Below are positions 41,626-56,174 of a stretch of 64,000 nt of DNA, in pieces. Both the position numbers and the translations under genes were made by a program. Location: NCBI RefSeq assembly GCF_018977255.1, contig NW_024704758.1, positions 15,500,001 through 15,564,000 on the forward strand, read 5' to 3'. The DNA comes from Callorhinchus milii. Lineage: Eukaryota. Positions within the stretch are counted from its first letter, which is position 1, and each line of letters begins with the position of its first letter. The notes under the pieces were generated by a model, which saw only the letters and a program-made list of their open reading frames with translations, ran no database searches and was not told where the DNA came from.

Positions 41626-43194
41626 GGAGAAAGCACAGCAAGAAACATATGAATAAAGTAATTGATAAATGGTCATTTTACAGTGCATCTTGCCTCATTA
41701 CGAGGTTATTTAGATTTATTCCCTATAATATACTGCAGTTGACTGTGTCCTGATATACCCAGGAGTGAAGATTAGCAGGAGCCACGCTAAACAAAGCACT
41801 TGGAATCATAAAGAGTGAAATAATTAAGATTAATGAAACAACTTTGATCAAAACTTTTATGTTTGTTATTAAGATCCATCAGATTTCCAGCAAAAAGACA
41901 TCTTTTCACTAAGTTGCAACGTTAATAAATGTTGTCAATGTCTGACTTTTAATGGATATGGAAAATGAATTGCCTTCCACTCTTCACGCACCATGATGAA
42001 GGCAATTCTTAAAGGACAAAAATACCCAATAAATATGTTTTTTTACAATCGAGCTGTTATTTTCCCTTCTTGTAGTAATTATTGGTGAAGTATTCCAGGC
42101 TAAGTCACTGAGCAAAATCCATCTTGTTAACGCCATTAGTAAGCCTCTGATCCCAGTCAATACACAGCCAGATCCCGGCCACCCTAATACACAGAGTCAG
42201 AGGGAGCTGCACTGCTGCCAAATTTCTGAGAAAATACATTCCTGGCTTTGCCAGGAGGATTTGTTTTGTCAGCTATAATTGGAATCTCTTTTACAGAAAT
42301 CACTTTTGTTATTTTTAAACCAGGAAACAAATCAAAGGTGTCTAATAGGATGAGACATTAAACCGAGGTTCGGTCCACCTGATCAGGTAGATGTTAAAGA
42401 TTCCATGGCGCTGTTCGAAAAGAGAAGAGAGTTTCTCTCTCTCAGTGTCCTGGCCAACAATCCCCGCAAAAAAATGAGTCACTCACTCTATGGCTGTTGG
42501 TGAGACACAACTGTGCACAATTGTACTGCGTGGTTTGCCAACTGATACAGAATCACTCAATTCCACAGTAAATCCTGTGCAGCGTTTTCAAATAACCTTC
42601 CAACTGATAAAGATTCTTATTATTATAAAAGATAATCCTCACATTTGATGTAGCCACATCCACTGCAGTGTGCAGCGCTCTCCCCCCAGCACCGTATTGA
42701 AGTGTTAGCCCACACTGGAAGCTGTGACAAGGAATGCTTGCGACCCTAAACATCCTGGGAGTTGATCTGAGAGCTGGTGCTGTGTTTGCTTGGGCTGATG
42801 TCCGCTGGTGGCACTGTATGTAGAGATCACATGTTCAGTTTCACTCTCAATGGTCATGGACAGAATCTCAGAATGTTGCTCACCAACATTCAGCGTTCTC
42901 GAAAGGCTGAATTGCAAATGATTTACAACAAGTTTGCTGCAAAATACTTCGAATTGTGTGATCCTGTGAGTTTCTCCCTTTGTCTTCACAGGGATGTTAA
43001 ATACTAATTGCATGTTGCCAAGCCCAGTCCTCTAGTTAATGTAAATATTAACTTGCTCTGTGATACAAAAGAGAGATCTGTTTGGATTACAATAGCTAGC
43101 ACAATAATAAGCCAATGTTTCGCACCTTAATTTGTTTGGGGGCTGTTTTTAAACAGTTATAAATCTCAAGAGGAAAATATATTGAAATAAAACA

Positions 43195-43375
43195 TAATAG
43201 TAATAATCCTTACATTTGATATAGCGCTTTTCACGTCGGGAGGACGTCCCAAAGCGCTTCACAGAACACACTGTAAAGTGAATTGACTGTATATTTGTGG
43301 GCGAACGCGGCAGTCAATTGCGCACAGCAATGTCCCACAAACAGTCGTAGATTGAAAATGTCCAATTTATTATTA
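43195..43375 (-). mobile_element. SINE 3' half, young subfamily
   Basis: Near-identical to the 3' half of the 20327 copy. Confidence 0.9.
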
Positions 43376-43770
43376 AACATAGAAGAGAATAAAAAATAAT
43401 TACAATAATAAAACATTATTATAATCAAATATAATTTAAAAATTACGTTTAACAAAAAAGGGAAAACCCAAATCAATTATCTCTAAGTTTCTCGTTTGCA
43501 AATCAACCTCAGTCAAGCGATCAGGTGGAGGGGAATGTGCGGCGCAAACCCTCCGTGTGGTTTCAGTCCAAAACAGCGCTTGAAATCGACAAATCACAAT
43601 TCAAGGCATTGTGTGTGTGAAGGTTTACGCACTGAGACCCTTTAACTTGTTGTTAATTCCGCTAATTAATAAAAGTAACGACAGGACCTTCCCCTTCTCC
43701 CCCCACTCTCCTTCCTCATCCCCCCCCCCCCAGTCGGTGGCGACAGACCAGTCATTAGATGCCTTTCACA

Positions 43771-43971
43771 NNNNNNNNNNNNNNNNNNNNNNNNNNNNNN
43801 NNNNNNNNNNNNNNNNNNNNNNNNNNNNNNNNNNNNNNNNNNNNNNNNNNNNNNNNNNNNNNNNNNNNNNNNNNNNNNNNNNNNNNNNNNNNNNNNNNNN
43901 NNNNNNNNNNNNNNNNNNNNNNNNNNNNNNNNNNNNNNNNNNNNNNNNNNNNNNNNNNNNNNNNNNNNNNN
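43771..43971. other. Assembly gap (N run) in the GALNT18 promoter/5' region
   Basis: N bases. Confidence 1.
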
Positions 43972-44427
43972 GCCGCGCTGTGTTCACATTGGTTTAGTGT
44001 CTGTGGCTTTCACTCCTCCTCCTCTCCAGCACTGGACTGGATCCTCGTTGATGAGAAAGAGAAACCGAGACTCCTCGCCTTGAGAAACACGGGATAGTGG
44101 AAACTTTTCGCTGCGTCAGTTAACAACACTCGGGTACAAACTGAGGACAGAAAAAAGGTGATCGCTGGAGGCAAAGAAAAAAACCCGTTTCCTCTCCTCC
44201 GAATGAGAAATGAAAGTCCCTAAAATTGTGAGTGTGAGAGACAGATTCGGTGTCTCTGGGCTGTGTGTTTCCCCACAGTGGAGAGAGCTCTAACGCTCGT
44301 TGGCTGCACTAATGAACCTGGTTAAAGGGGAAACTGGTTGAGTGACTGAGAGATTGCAAAGGCAGATATACATTATATATAAACATCTATTTATGGGAGC
44401 AATCGCTCCCGGGACAGAGGCTCGGCC

Positions 44428-44680
44428 ATGGCGTGGTGGACAAGGAAAGCCAAAACGTTTGTGTCGACCTGTGTGATCCTGAGCGGAGTGACCAACATCC
44501 TGTGTCTGGTGTATGTGTGTTGGGTCACCAACCGCATCGCCAACGTGAATGTGAAGGTCCAGCGCCCGGTGCCCGGTACACACACCGTGACCGAGCAGCA
44601 CGAGGGCGGCAGGAGAGAGACCCTGAGGCTGATGGAGAGGTTGGATCGGTTGGAGCACGTTGTCAACCAACACTTACAAG
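44428..44680 (+). CDS. GALNT18: Polypeptide N-acetylgalactosaminyltransferase 18, coding exon 1 (cytoplasmic tail, TM anchor, stem)
   Basis: MAWWTRKAKTFVSTCVILSGVTNILCLVYVCWVTN...LMERLDRLEHVVNQHLQ resembles the GALNT18 N-terminus as recalled. GCCATGG Kozak; phase-1 donor AAG|gtttgt; divergent from USP47. Exon 2 not found in the window. Confidence 0.92.
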
Positions 44681-44696
44681 GTTTGTGTGATCTGGG

Positions 44697-44998
44697 NNNN
44701 NNNNNNNNNNNNNNNNNNNNNNNNNNNNNNNNNNNNNNNNNNNNNNNNNNNNNNNNNNNNNNNNNNNNNNNNNNNNNNNNNNNNNNNNNNNNNNNNNNNN
44801 NNNNNNNNNNNNNNNNNNNNNNNNNNNNNNNNNNNNNNNNNNNNNNNNNNNNNNNNNNNNNNNNNNNNNNNNNNNNNNNNNNNNNNNNNNNNNNNNNNNN
44901 NNNNNNNNNNNNNNNNNNNNNNNNNNNNNNNNNNNNNNNNNNNNNNNNNNNNNNNNNNNNNNNNNNNNNNNNNNNNNNNNNNNNNNNNNNNNNNNNNN
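44697..44998. other. Assembly gap (N run) 16 nt after the GALNT18 exon 1 donor
   Basis: N bases. Confidence 1.
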
Positions 44999-47244
44999 TT
45001 TTTGCGGGTTATTTAACATCACTATGTCACTGCCCTCTCACGGTGACCATCAGTTTGGTCACATCGGTGATGACGACAGCAATTTTCAGGGCACATTTGG
45101 ATTTTATAATAATAGTACTGGCGTTTGACACAGCGCCTGAATACATCTTCCAGACGTCTCAAAGCGCTTCACAGGACACACTGTAAAGTGAATTGACTGA
45201 ATTTTTTTTGGGGTATTGTAGTTATTGTTTTATTTGTTGTTTTGGTTTCACAATCTTTTATCCATCCGACCGATGCCTCTTAATGTTTAACCCTAACCCT
45301 AAGTAGCGATGAGGTCCTGCAGTTAATGGTGTTTTAAACGAGTTCCTTTCTGCTCCACCTCTGTCTGTCACTGATCGCTTCTCAACAGGTGAGACAAAGT
45401 GCACTCCATCAGTTACACACAGGATCACTAAACTTTGACCAATCCCCCCCCCCACCCCACCCCATTCTCTTCTTTCGCTTCCTAGCCTCAAGTGCATTGA
45501 ATTGTTTTGCACTGTTTTCTTTTTTTTTACCAGAACGCCTGGTTTTAATAATAATAATCCTTGCATTTGATACAGCGCCTTATCATGTCGATGAGACATA
45601 TCAAAGTGCTTCACAGAATATACTGTAAAGTAGAGTGACTGTCTATTTTGTGGGCCAAATGCGATACCCAATTGTATTATCCCGGGTATAGATAATAATA
45701 ATCCTTGAATTTGACAAAGTTCTGCCTAACCGTCACGCCGGCCTCATTTTAATAATATGAAATGAACTACGATTTATTTTGATCGGAATGTCAGTGTTGA
45801 GTCGGATTTGCTTTTTAAGGAGGCGGTGACACTGCACGCTTGCCTTAGGCGCCTCAAGGCATAATCAAATAAATAATCCAAAATTCAGGGCAAAAACATT
45901 TCTTTGTTGGTAAAATATTTATTAATAATAATAATCCTTGGTTAAAGCGCCTTATCACATTGTCGAGACATCTCAAAACACTTCACAGACTATACTGTAA
46001 AAACTGTATTTTGTGGGGAAAAAAGGTGGGGTGGAGAAGCAATGAGATTTAACCAGAGCATCACTGGTTCTTTATAATTATAGATCAAACAGATTTGAAT
46101 CTTAGACCCATAATGTCTGCTCTCTTTCTCGCTCCCACCCCCACAACAAGAAAAGAAGGGGGATTAATTTAACCAGTTAGTTATGGCTGACAGAAGAAAG
46201 GCGAGAGAGCAGCAAAGGTAATGTGCACTGATTGTCTCGGTGAGTGAACATTCAGATACAGATTACAAGGATATTAACTGTTTGATTGCCAGCATCAGAC
46301 GCACAGAGCAAATGCAGTTGTTCATGGAATTCACGGCAGTAATTTGTGTTGGACGGGGATAGTTGGTGTGGTGTGGGTAGGTGGGTGGAGTAAGAGGTGG
46401 GCAGGGCTAGGTGGGTGGGGAACGGTGAGAGGTGGGAGCCTTGTCTGCAATTAGGACAATGGTCCATTGATCTGGACATTTGATTTAGGAAGAGTTGGGT
46501 GCCACCTGTGGCATTATTGAAAGGAAGTGGTCATGACCTGCTTGTGACCATTTGAAATCTGGGATAGAGGGAGAGAGATTGAAGGAGAAAAAAAACAGAA
46601 AGAGAGAGAAGAGGTTAGAGAGGGAGAAAGTGAGAATGAAAGCGAGTGGTTTTCTGTGGTTGGGGCTGTGTGTGGGGGATTTTGCCATTTCCCAAGGACA
46701 CCAGGCACCAATGTGCCAGCCTTCACTTGCTCGACAGCCAATTTAGTGGCGTCTCTGCTAAGCTGAGCTCAGTTGCTCTTTCGGCAAAAGATTGTGTTTA
46801 TCTCCGCGACTCAGGGAGCCTGTGATCTAAGGGTTTTCCTCTGAACCTGAGAGCTTGCCTAAGCTGGACTGAAAACATTGAAATACTTTTATTCATATCA
46901 TCCTGAGTTTAAAAGTAAGCTCCGGTGATCTCGCCCCCACCCCACCCACCATGATATGCAATCCAAGCCCCACTTAGCAGCCTTAAATAAACTGTGTGTC
47001 AAAATCCTAAAGTCAAGAGCCGGCTGATTTATCCCTCACTTTCTTCATTATAGTTCTGTACGACAGACTGAGACAGATGATCAGAGTAGGGTAATTAGCC
47101 CTGGGCTGCAGCCAGCACAGCATACATGCGGATAAATTACGATGGACATCCTCAATTTAGGGATCTTCAGTGTACAGAGCCAAGTAAATTATGGCTTTTA
47201 GGGGCCTTGAGCAATAGCAGATAATGCATGTTAAAAAATAAAAA

Positions 47245-47587
47245 CAATAATAATAAAAATAATAATAATAATCCTTGCATTTGATATAGCGCTTTTCACG
47301 TCAGGAGGACGTCCCAAAGCGCTTCACAGAACACACTGTAAAGTGAATTGACTGTATATTTTGTGGGCGAACGCGGCAGCCAATTGCGCACAGCAATGTC
47401 CCACAAACAGTCGTAGATTGAAAATGACCAATTTAATTATTGTTTTTTTGGTTTTTTTGGAGGGATTATTATTAGGCTCTGTGTGGAGTAAGGAAACTTG
47501 TCCAAGGTTTCGCCCTCTGCCTGGGATTGAACTCAGGTCTCTCACTTGCAAAGCGAGTGCTCTAACCACTGAGCTACAGAACTCCAC
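47245..47587 (-). mobile_element. Full-length SINE abutting a second SINE tail (47588-47690)
   Basis: Near-identical to the 20327 copy. Confidence 0.92.
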
Positions 47588-48414
47588 GATAATAATCCTT
47601 GCATTTGATATAGCGCTTTTCACGTCTTCTCAACATCTCAAAGTGTTTCACAGAATAGACTGTAAAGTGAATTGACCGTATATTTGTGGGTAAAAGTGTG
47701 TAATGGAATGTTTGACCTTCCCTGATCAATGTAGTGTGCATCCCACCAGAAAAGACTTGAGTCACGCTCTAGGTATAATGCAGGTCTCGTTGTAAAAGCC
47801 TTTTTGATAATGTATTCTAAACTTAGCTATCTTTTCCTCTAGTCATTGATGGCACATTTTTTAATCGCTTATCATGGGATGGATTTTGGAGATCGTTAGG
47901 GCCTCGAATCTGATGAGATTTATCAAACAAGTTTTGTTAATTGTTGCTAATTCACAGTTTACATTCTCAAACATCTTCCGTATCACAGGAAATAGGGTTG
48001 AACAAAGTAACATAAATCAGTGAGAAGGAAGAGATTTGTAAATAAGATTTCTTGCATTCGGTTCAGCACCTTTCATCAGGAAGACATCTCAAAGTGCTTC
48101 ATAGGATTGTGACTATATTTTGTAGGCAGTCAATTTGTGCTCAGCAATGTCACACAAAACTACAATGGCTCTTCAAGTAGTGACATGTGGGATCTTTAAC
48201 GTCTACCTGAACAAGTAGATGGGACCTCAGTTAACATGGCATCTCTGACAATGCAGCCCACATTGTGTTCAGTCTGGACCGTTGGGTTCAACATCTCACA
48301 AACCCACAAACCTTCTGACTGGTAAGCCAGGCTGCCACCAACTGAGCCAGGCAGATTGACATTGGACACAGTGTAGGCAGCAGCTTTCAAGATTGCTTTG
48401 GGACACTCTATCTC

Positions 48415-49362
48415 TCTGCTCCACCCTTGACTCCAGGACCACTGTCTGTCAGACATCAAATCCTGGATGAGAGGTAACTTTCTTCAGTTGAACGTCAACA
48501 AGACCAAGGCTCTCCTGATTGGCTCCCGTCAGCGCCTTCACACCTCAGGCGCTGACAGCATCACCATCCATGGTTGCACACTCCACCTTACTAAGCCAGT
48601 CTGGAACCTTGGGGTATTGGTTGACCCTCAACTATCCTTTCTATCTCACATTTGCGCCATGTCCCGCTCTGCCTTGCCCCACCTCTGCAATATCGACCAG
48701 CTCCGCCACTGTCTCACACTGCAGGATGCTGAAACCCTCCTACATGCTTTCATAACATCGAGGCTCAACTATACAAACTCCCTACTTGTAGGCCTCCCCA
48801 ACTCCTCCCTCCGTAGGCTGCAGATTATCTAGAACTCTGCAGCCCGTGTCCTCTCCTGCATCAGGCTCTGTGACCCTATCACTCCCATCCTTGCCCAATT
48901 CCACTGGCTTCCCATCACACAGAGGGTAGAGTTCACGATCCTGGTCCTCACCTTCAAAGCCCTCCATGGCCTTGCCCCTCCCCTACCTCTACGACCTCCT
49001 TATCCTCTACCAACCTACCCTCTACCAACCTGCCCGGTCTCTCTGCTCAGTGGGCTCCGGCCTGCTTCACATCCCCTGCCTTGCCCGCCCCACCATTGAC
49101 GGGCGAGCCTTCTGCCCCCACCCTCTGGAACTCCATGCTGCAGTCCCTCTGCCTCGCCCCCTCCCTTGCCTCCTTCAAGACCCATCTCAAGACCATCCAC
49201 TTTGACCATGCTTTCAATTCTCCCCACCCCCCCCCCCACTGCCCTCCACCTTCCCCAATACTGACCCCCAGCTTGGGTCCGAAACACTGATTGTCCAGCG
49301 TCTTGGGACGTCCTCCCGATGTGAAAGGCGCTGTACAATGTAACTTTGTGGTTGTTGTTGTT
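48415..49362 (+). mobile_element. 5'-truncated L2 LINE
   Basis: WMRGNFLQLNVNKTKALLIG..AFITSRLNYTNSLL; tail ending in (TTG)n. Confidence 0.93.
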
Positions 49363-49824
49363 AGCAATCGCTGGAAGTTGTGTGCAAGTTGGATTGTTCT
49401 ACATCCTGTCAAAGTGAATGGGAAGTGAAGCACGGGGGTTGGTGGCGGTGGGAGGGCTAGGCTAGGACAGCCACTCAGTGGGTTACTAGCAATAATAATA
49501 ATAATCCTTGCATTAAAAACAAATGCAATAATGTTGGTTGTTTTGACACAGGAATATATTGATGCAGCAGCTTAGGCTTGCACTTCATGTCGGTGCGCCA
49601 CAGATATTATAAAACCAAGTCTCAAGCCTCATCCGCTTGCTTTTTGATGGCATCTGAACCATTTATTTGACCAGAGCCTTAAAGCTCACATCCATTATCT
49701 ATCCATTGTGCGACTTCACATCTCGTATCTTGTCAAAGCAACGTGTGAACCACTGAATGACGCAAGAAAGAAAAATCTAGAGCATTTTCCAACTAACCAC
49801 TCTTTACGTGTTACAACAAACAAT

Positions 49825-50129
49825 AATTAATAATAATCCTTGCATTTGATATAGTGCCTTATCACATCTTCAAGGCGTCTAAAAGCGCTTCACCAAATAT
49901 ACTGTAAAATGAATTGACTGTATATTTGTGCAGCAGCCAATTACGCACAGCAGCGTCCCATAAACAGTCTTGGATTGAGTGACCAAATTATTATTGTGTT
50001 TTTTTTGGAGGGATTATTATCAGGCGTGTGGAGCAAGAAAACTTGCGCAAGGTTTCGCCTGCCGGAAATTGAACCCAGGTCTCTCGCTTGCAAGGCATGT
50101 GCTCTAACCACTGAGCTGCAAGACTCCAC
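49825..50129 (-). mobile_element. Full-length SINE
   Basis: Head, core and older tail. Confidence 0.88.
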
Positions 50130-53100
50130 AATCACCTTACACAGCAATCAGGAATAACAATAGGTATTTGGGGAGGACAAGATTACAGGACTATGGAGAG
50201 AAAAACGGGCCAGTGGGATTGAGTTGGAAGCTCTTTTCGGAGCTGACGCAGACACAATGGGCCAAATAGCCTCTTTCTATGCTGTATGATTCTATGATTC
50301 CATGATCAACAATCACTTTACATAGACTTGGCTGAAATATGTTAAACCCGTGTGTGAAATCCTCCCAACGGCCTGTCACTGTGCACTTAGTCTTTAAGGT
50401 GAAAATCTCTGACAAAACCTGGCTCCTCGAGGACCCTGAAACCTTCAAAGCTAATGCATTTACTGCAGTTTAAATGTTTCGGTGTCACTGTGAAGGGATG
50501 AATTAAAAGTCTAATGGTTTTTCCGTCCTTCCTGACCTGGGAATGATGGTGATACAGTGTGTGTAGATGTTTTTTTTCATGTAGATGCATCTGTAATTAT
50601 TGTATATTAATTGTTATGAATATAGCGATGTGCCTGAACAGCAGCTATTGTACATTCACCAGTTATCATTCATTTTCTCTCCCACCCCACCCCCTCCGAA
50701 AAAGAGGGTCCAAAAAAAATTAGAAGCAACTGAGAGAGTTCCAGAAAAGTGGGGGCAGGGTGGCTTGAAGCTCATACAGTAATCGTAGAGCAGGGGGAGC
50801 AGGAGACGTGAAGCAAACTGAAGTTTACCATATGTGTGTGTGTTTGGGCAGGAGGACATGGCAGAGGATGGAACAAGGGTGCGGGGGCATGTGGAAGTTA
50901 CATTGCTGGGAGGGTTAGGGGAATCTTGTTTATATTCCTAAGAGAGAGGTGCTTGTTCCCCTTTCAGAATTCTGGGCAGCTCATGTCAGCCATAGGTATT
51001 TATAGCTTTCTGTAGTGTTTTGACTTGTCAGGTGAGCGGGAGGGGCGCTGGCTACAGTGATTAAATCTTTTGACGTTTCTGATAATAAGAGAGAGGAGAT
51101 CCCAATGGAACAAACATCTGCTGATGGGGGAGAATCTGCCACCAAGTGTTGAGGATTACCTTCACCGCAGCAAAAACAAGGAGCAAATTAACAGGGAATG
51201 AATGGGTCCTTGTGAATGATGGTAAATTGGATTTGCATCCATTGTGGTGCATTTGAGGCAACATCCTTCCACCTCCCCTGTGTATATTGTGAGTGAACAC
51301 AGCAGCTAATTTGCACACAGCAATGTCCCACAAAGCCATGGAGTGAGTGAGCAATTTTATTTGGGGGATTGTTGGCCTTAATATTGAAGCTTCAATTAGG
51401 TTCATCAAGATCAGCACTTGTGTGTTATTGTGTGCACACTGAGAGGAGAGGATTTGTTTGCAATATGTTCTGTGTACTTTTTAGATAATGCTTGCAGGCA
51501 GAGCTGGCAATGCCAGATAATAGAATTTTTAAAAAAATCTTCTGAATGCACTTGAATTTAGGAATAATGGGGATTAATGAAAATATGACACAACCAACAC
51601 TAGCTCCATTGGCCAAGGAAATAAATGCAGTGAATGTTTAGAAACTGGAGGCAATGGCATTAAATGGAAGAAAAAAGTATAAAACGATAATAATCCATTC
51701 ATTTGATAAAACACCTTATCACATTGTTGAGACATCCCAAAAGCATTGCTGTGAAGTGTAGTGACTGTGTACCTTACAAAGTGAACTCAGCAGCCAATCT
51801 GCACACATCAGTGTCCCACAAACCGGTGAACAAAGTGAATAACCATTTTTGTTTTTAAATGGAGGATTGTTGGCCAAGACACCGGGAGAAACCCCCTTTG
51901 CTTTATATATAGCACCGTGCCATTTTTAACATCTGCCTGAACAAGCACAGGCGGGGCCAAGGTTTAACATCTGATTTGAAGGCGGCACCTACCACAATGC
52001 ACACTTGTACATTCTCTGTACAACCGGACATTAGCCTCACACCCCATCCTCCTGCCAAGGTTAATTGTTCATTATTAATAACTGCAGTGAAGAGACTGCT
52101 CTCTGGTGCAAAGTGACAGAAAGGTAATTTGTGAAGCATTGAAAGTGACAGCCAAGCTTCTCACAGTGACCTAAAGGCCTGAAACCTTGAAGTCAGCCAG
52201 ATATTTAACTGAAAGGTGAGGGAACAGCATCCCTATCATGTCACAAGACATAATGTAAAGTGGATTGACTGTGTATTTTGTGGGCGAAATGCAGTAGCCA
52301 ATTGCATATAGCAGAGTCCCACACACATCCATAGAGTGAGTGACCAATTTTTTTATTTTGGAGGAATGTTGGCCAGGGAGAGAGAAACTCCTCTCTCTTT
52401 TTGAATAGTGCCATGGGATCTTTGGCATCCACCTGAACAGACAGACTTGGGTTTCACGTCTCATCTGAAGGACCCCTTGGTGCCTGGGCGGGTCTGATAG
52501 TGTGACATTCACTTGTTCTCCTTGCTTGTCTGATGAAAAGGTTTTTGTACTTGGACACGTCTGTGCAGAACACAGTCAAACCTGCAGTTGCTTTCACAAG
52601 CCCAGACTTCAAGAAGATGAAATGGTCAGGCTGTGTGTGGAGATGCTCCTGCTAATTGCACAATTGGTGCTGCATTAACACAGAGCCCTAGGCAGTCATT
52701 TCCTTTTACATGGAGTTAAAAACACTTTTCCCAATAAGCAGGATAATGGACACTTTCCTGTAGGGAAAATTACCACAAAATTGAAGAGCGACTGCTGTTT
52801 CTTAACCTGGGTGCTATCTCAGCCCAGAAAGGACAAGACACTGGGAATCATATGAGAAACCATTTGATTTTGTAATGGGAAGCGAGTGTGTGGTTTGTGT
52901 TTGAGATAAAATGTGCCAAAGGGCCTTGGTGTGGAGAGGAGTGGAGGATAAAAAGCTTGCAGGTGAGGGGACAGTCAGTGCTTTATGGCCACCTGCCTGT
53001 CTCCCACTCCCCCACCCTTGCTGAGTGTCCAACCCTGTCCCTGTGAACCGCTCCAAGATGTTACCTGGCTATGTGAAGGACACTGTGTAAATGCAAGTTG

Positions 53101-53374
53101 TTATTGTTGCTGCTTAATAAAAGCCTGAAGTGACGAGGACCAGAAATTCTCTGGACACGGACCATCAGAAGAATTACCTTAGGGTTCTACTCACTGCTGA
53201 GTTTCTTCTCACTCAAAGCCTTTTCATGTAGTTATTGATTGTGGGGTTGTGTGTTATGTGGGGGATGGGAGAGGGAGAGGAGACGAGGATAGCCCTAAGC
53301 CAAATCACAAAGGAGATTTGGAATAGCTGTTTTGCAAACTGTCCCATGTCTCCACTGCAGTTTGCTTTGCTGTT

Positions 53375-53697
53375 GTGTGTGTATGTGTGTTTGTCTGTGT
53401 CGGTGTGTGTGTGTCGGTGTGTGTGTGTGTCAGTGTGTGTGTCGCTGCGTGTGTGTGTGTGTCGGCGTGTTGGTGCGTCAGAGTGCATGCGTCGGAGTGC
53501 GTGGGTGTATGCGTCGGTGGGTGGGTGAGAGGGTGGGTGCGTGTCTGAGGGGTGTCTGTCAGTGTGTGGGGGTGTGTGTCAGTGTGTCGGGTGTGTGTGT
53601 CGGGTGTGTGTGTGTCGGATGTATGTGGGTGCGCGCGTGTCGGGGGTGTGTGTGTGTGTGTGTGTTGGGGTGTGTGTGTTTGCATGTGCCGGTGCAT
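53375..53697. repeat. Degenerate (TG)n/(CG) simple repeat
   Basis: Alternating purine-pyrimidine tract. Confidence 0.9.
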
Positions 53698-55064
53698 GTT
53701 TGCTGTATATCCAGTCTCAATGATGTGATAAAAGGCGTTGTATCAAATGCGAGGATTATTATTATTATTTGAAACCTGGGGCTGATTTGTTCAGGGTGAA
53801 GAGGACACAAATCATGGCAAATCCCTGACTGCCTTGATCCCGGGTTTCGGCAGCGCTTTGAAGAAAGGAATTGAACAGATGCTGAACACTTTGTCCACTT
53901 CCTTAGCCTTTCCACAGAGGATAGAGGAAAGCTTCAGCAACAGCTCACAGAATGTTTCAGGATTACATCAGGCTATCTCACAGAACTCTGGTACAATCCC
54001 TATACTTCATATAAACCTCATCTCCAGCTTCGCCTATCTCCTCAGTTCTTGGAGCGTCTATAATTTTTATCAGACCACCTTGTATCCCCTGACCTGTAGA
54101 CAAATTGTGTGTCAGCCTAGCTCAGTTGGTTGCACTCTCGCCTCTTGAGACAGAAGATTGTGGGATAAAGCCACAGGTCAGGAATTTGAACTCACATCAT
54201 CTAGGTTGACATTCCAGGGGGTGCGGGTGGAGGGGAGTGCTGGATTATTGGTGATGCCATCCTATGGTTGAGATGTTAAACTGACCAGCAGACATTAAAA
54301 GATCCTGTGACACTATTGAGAAAGAAGAGATTCTCCTGATGTCGGGCCTGTTTGTGGGATGTTGGCTGTGTGCAAATTGGCTGCTGCGTCCTCCTGCAAA
54401 AAATACACAGTCTCTGCACTTTACAGTATATCTTGTGAAGCACTTTGAGAAGTCCACCTGATGTGAAAAGCACGAGGTGACTACAAGTTGCAAATTGAAA
54501 ATGGCAATGCATTTTCCATCTCCAGCTATTGCATTGATTTGTTGTTAGTTCCTGTTAAGCGACTGGACAGAACATTGTTCATCGCGATTTGCCTTTTGTG
54601 TAACTTTGCAATCATTTCTCCAGTGACAATGAAGGGAAACATGGAAACATTAACTGTATGAAATAGTTTGTCTTCTCGACAACCTCTCCCTGTGATCAGG
54701 TCTACAAGAAATTGCTTAGCAGAAAATGCTGGTTAATATTTCAGGACTTTTCTGATGTGTAATTTGAGACACACGGAAGGTGACTGCACTTGGAAAGTGC
54801 ATCAGCAGCAGTGAAGCTAATAATGCAAAAGAAAATCCTGCTCAGACTCTTAATGTAGCTGTTAAGCCTGACCTGAGCAGTAATGTTCTTTCTGATGGGG
54901 TCACAAATCGAGTGGTGGTGTTAATGAAAAGACGATGTCTGCCTCTGGCTGAGCAGCAGTTTATCCAGAACATCGGCCTTCTCGCCCACCAACCTTTGCA
55001 GCCCATCACGCCCGCCCTCATTCCCCCCCAGCACCATCCCCTCACGTTCAGTCCATCAACTATA

Positions 55065-55376
55065 AAAATAATAATAATCCTTGCATTTGATATATCGCCT
55101 TATCATGTCATTGAGATTTCTGTTGGCGGCAGCCAATTGTGCATAGCAGCATCCCACAAACAGTTATGAATTGAGTGACCAAATGATTTTTTTTAAGGGT
55201 TTATTACCCCCAGAAAGAGAACCCCAATCAACTAACAACCGGTTCCTAATTATTGCTAGGTAAGCAAGCGTGTGGATGAAAGAAACTTGCCTAAGATTTC
55301 GCCCCACCCGAGAATCAAACCCAGGTCCTTTCACTTGTGAGGCGAGCGGTCGAACCACTGAGCTACAAGACTCCAT
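55065..55376 (-). mobile_element. SINE, long variant with internal deletion
   Basis: Head, extra internal segment and tail. Confidence 0.82.
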
Positions 55377-56174
55377 GTAAGAGTGAGAGAACCTGAGGGG
55401 AAAGAAAGAGTGTGTAAGGGGAATAGTTGACTGTCGCACTTGCTTAATGCGATTCTCTAAACACGAGCTTTGCGTTTACTTTGAGAACAAAGTTCCAAAA
55501 ACTATTAGCTCTGCTTTGTGGAAAATTTCTAAATGACATTTCCTTTCATGCCGCCCTGATCCGCTTGTGCTGGAGGAATTCTGGGTCCTTTTGATCTGCC
55601 TGTGAATGAAGTCCCTCTTGTCTCCTCTTCTTTCTCCCTCTTCACCCTCCCCCCCACTCTCATTAAATGCCTGAAGCGTCTGTGCAGTGCAGCACCAGCT
55701 GTGATCGGCAGATCTCTGTGGAATGTGGACGGTCTGTCATTCCTCGTGTTTAATTTCTCAAGACGGGAATAAGCATCAGAACCTTTTGGATATCTAAGCA
55801 CTTTGAGAAGAGAAGGTTTTCACAACTTTGCCTTCCCTCCCTCCCTTATTCCAAATTGTTTTGAAATAAGAGACAAAAGCACTCAGGTTTTTCATTGTTT
55901 AGTTTCTTTTAAGTTGCTTGTTCAGCGGTAATCTCCCACTCCCATTGTTCAATTTCCCTGCTTCCCCCCCTACCCTCCACCCTCTCCGACCCCCAGCTCG
56001 GGTACAAAACTCTGTCTGTTCAGCGCCTTGGGACGTCCTCCCGACATGAAAGGCTGTGGACAAATGTAATTTTGTTGTTGTAATAATTAAAATAACAATA
56101 AACATCCTTGCATTTTGTTCACCCACAAAATACAGTCACTCCTCTACGGTATATCCTGTGAAGTGCTTTGAGAT

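Noticed and set aside
44681-45186. 252-aa ORF extension of GALNT18 across the N run
   Set aside because: Artefact of the assembly gap; the exon ends at the 44680 donor
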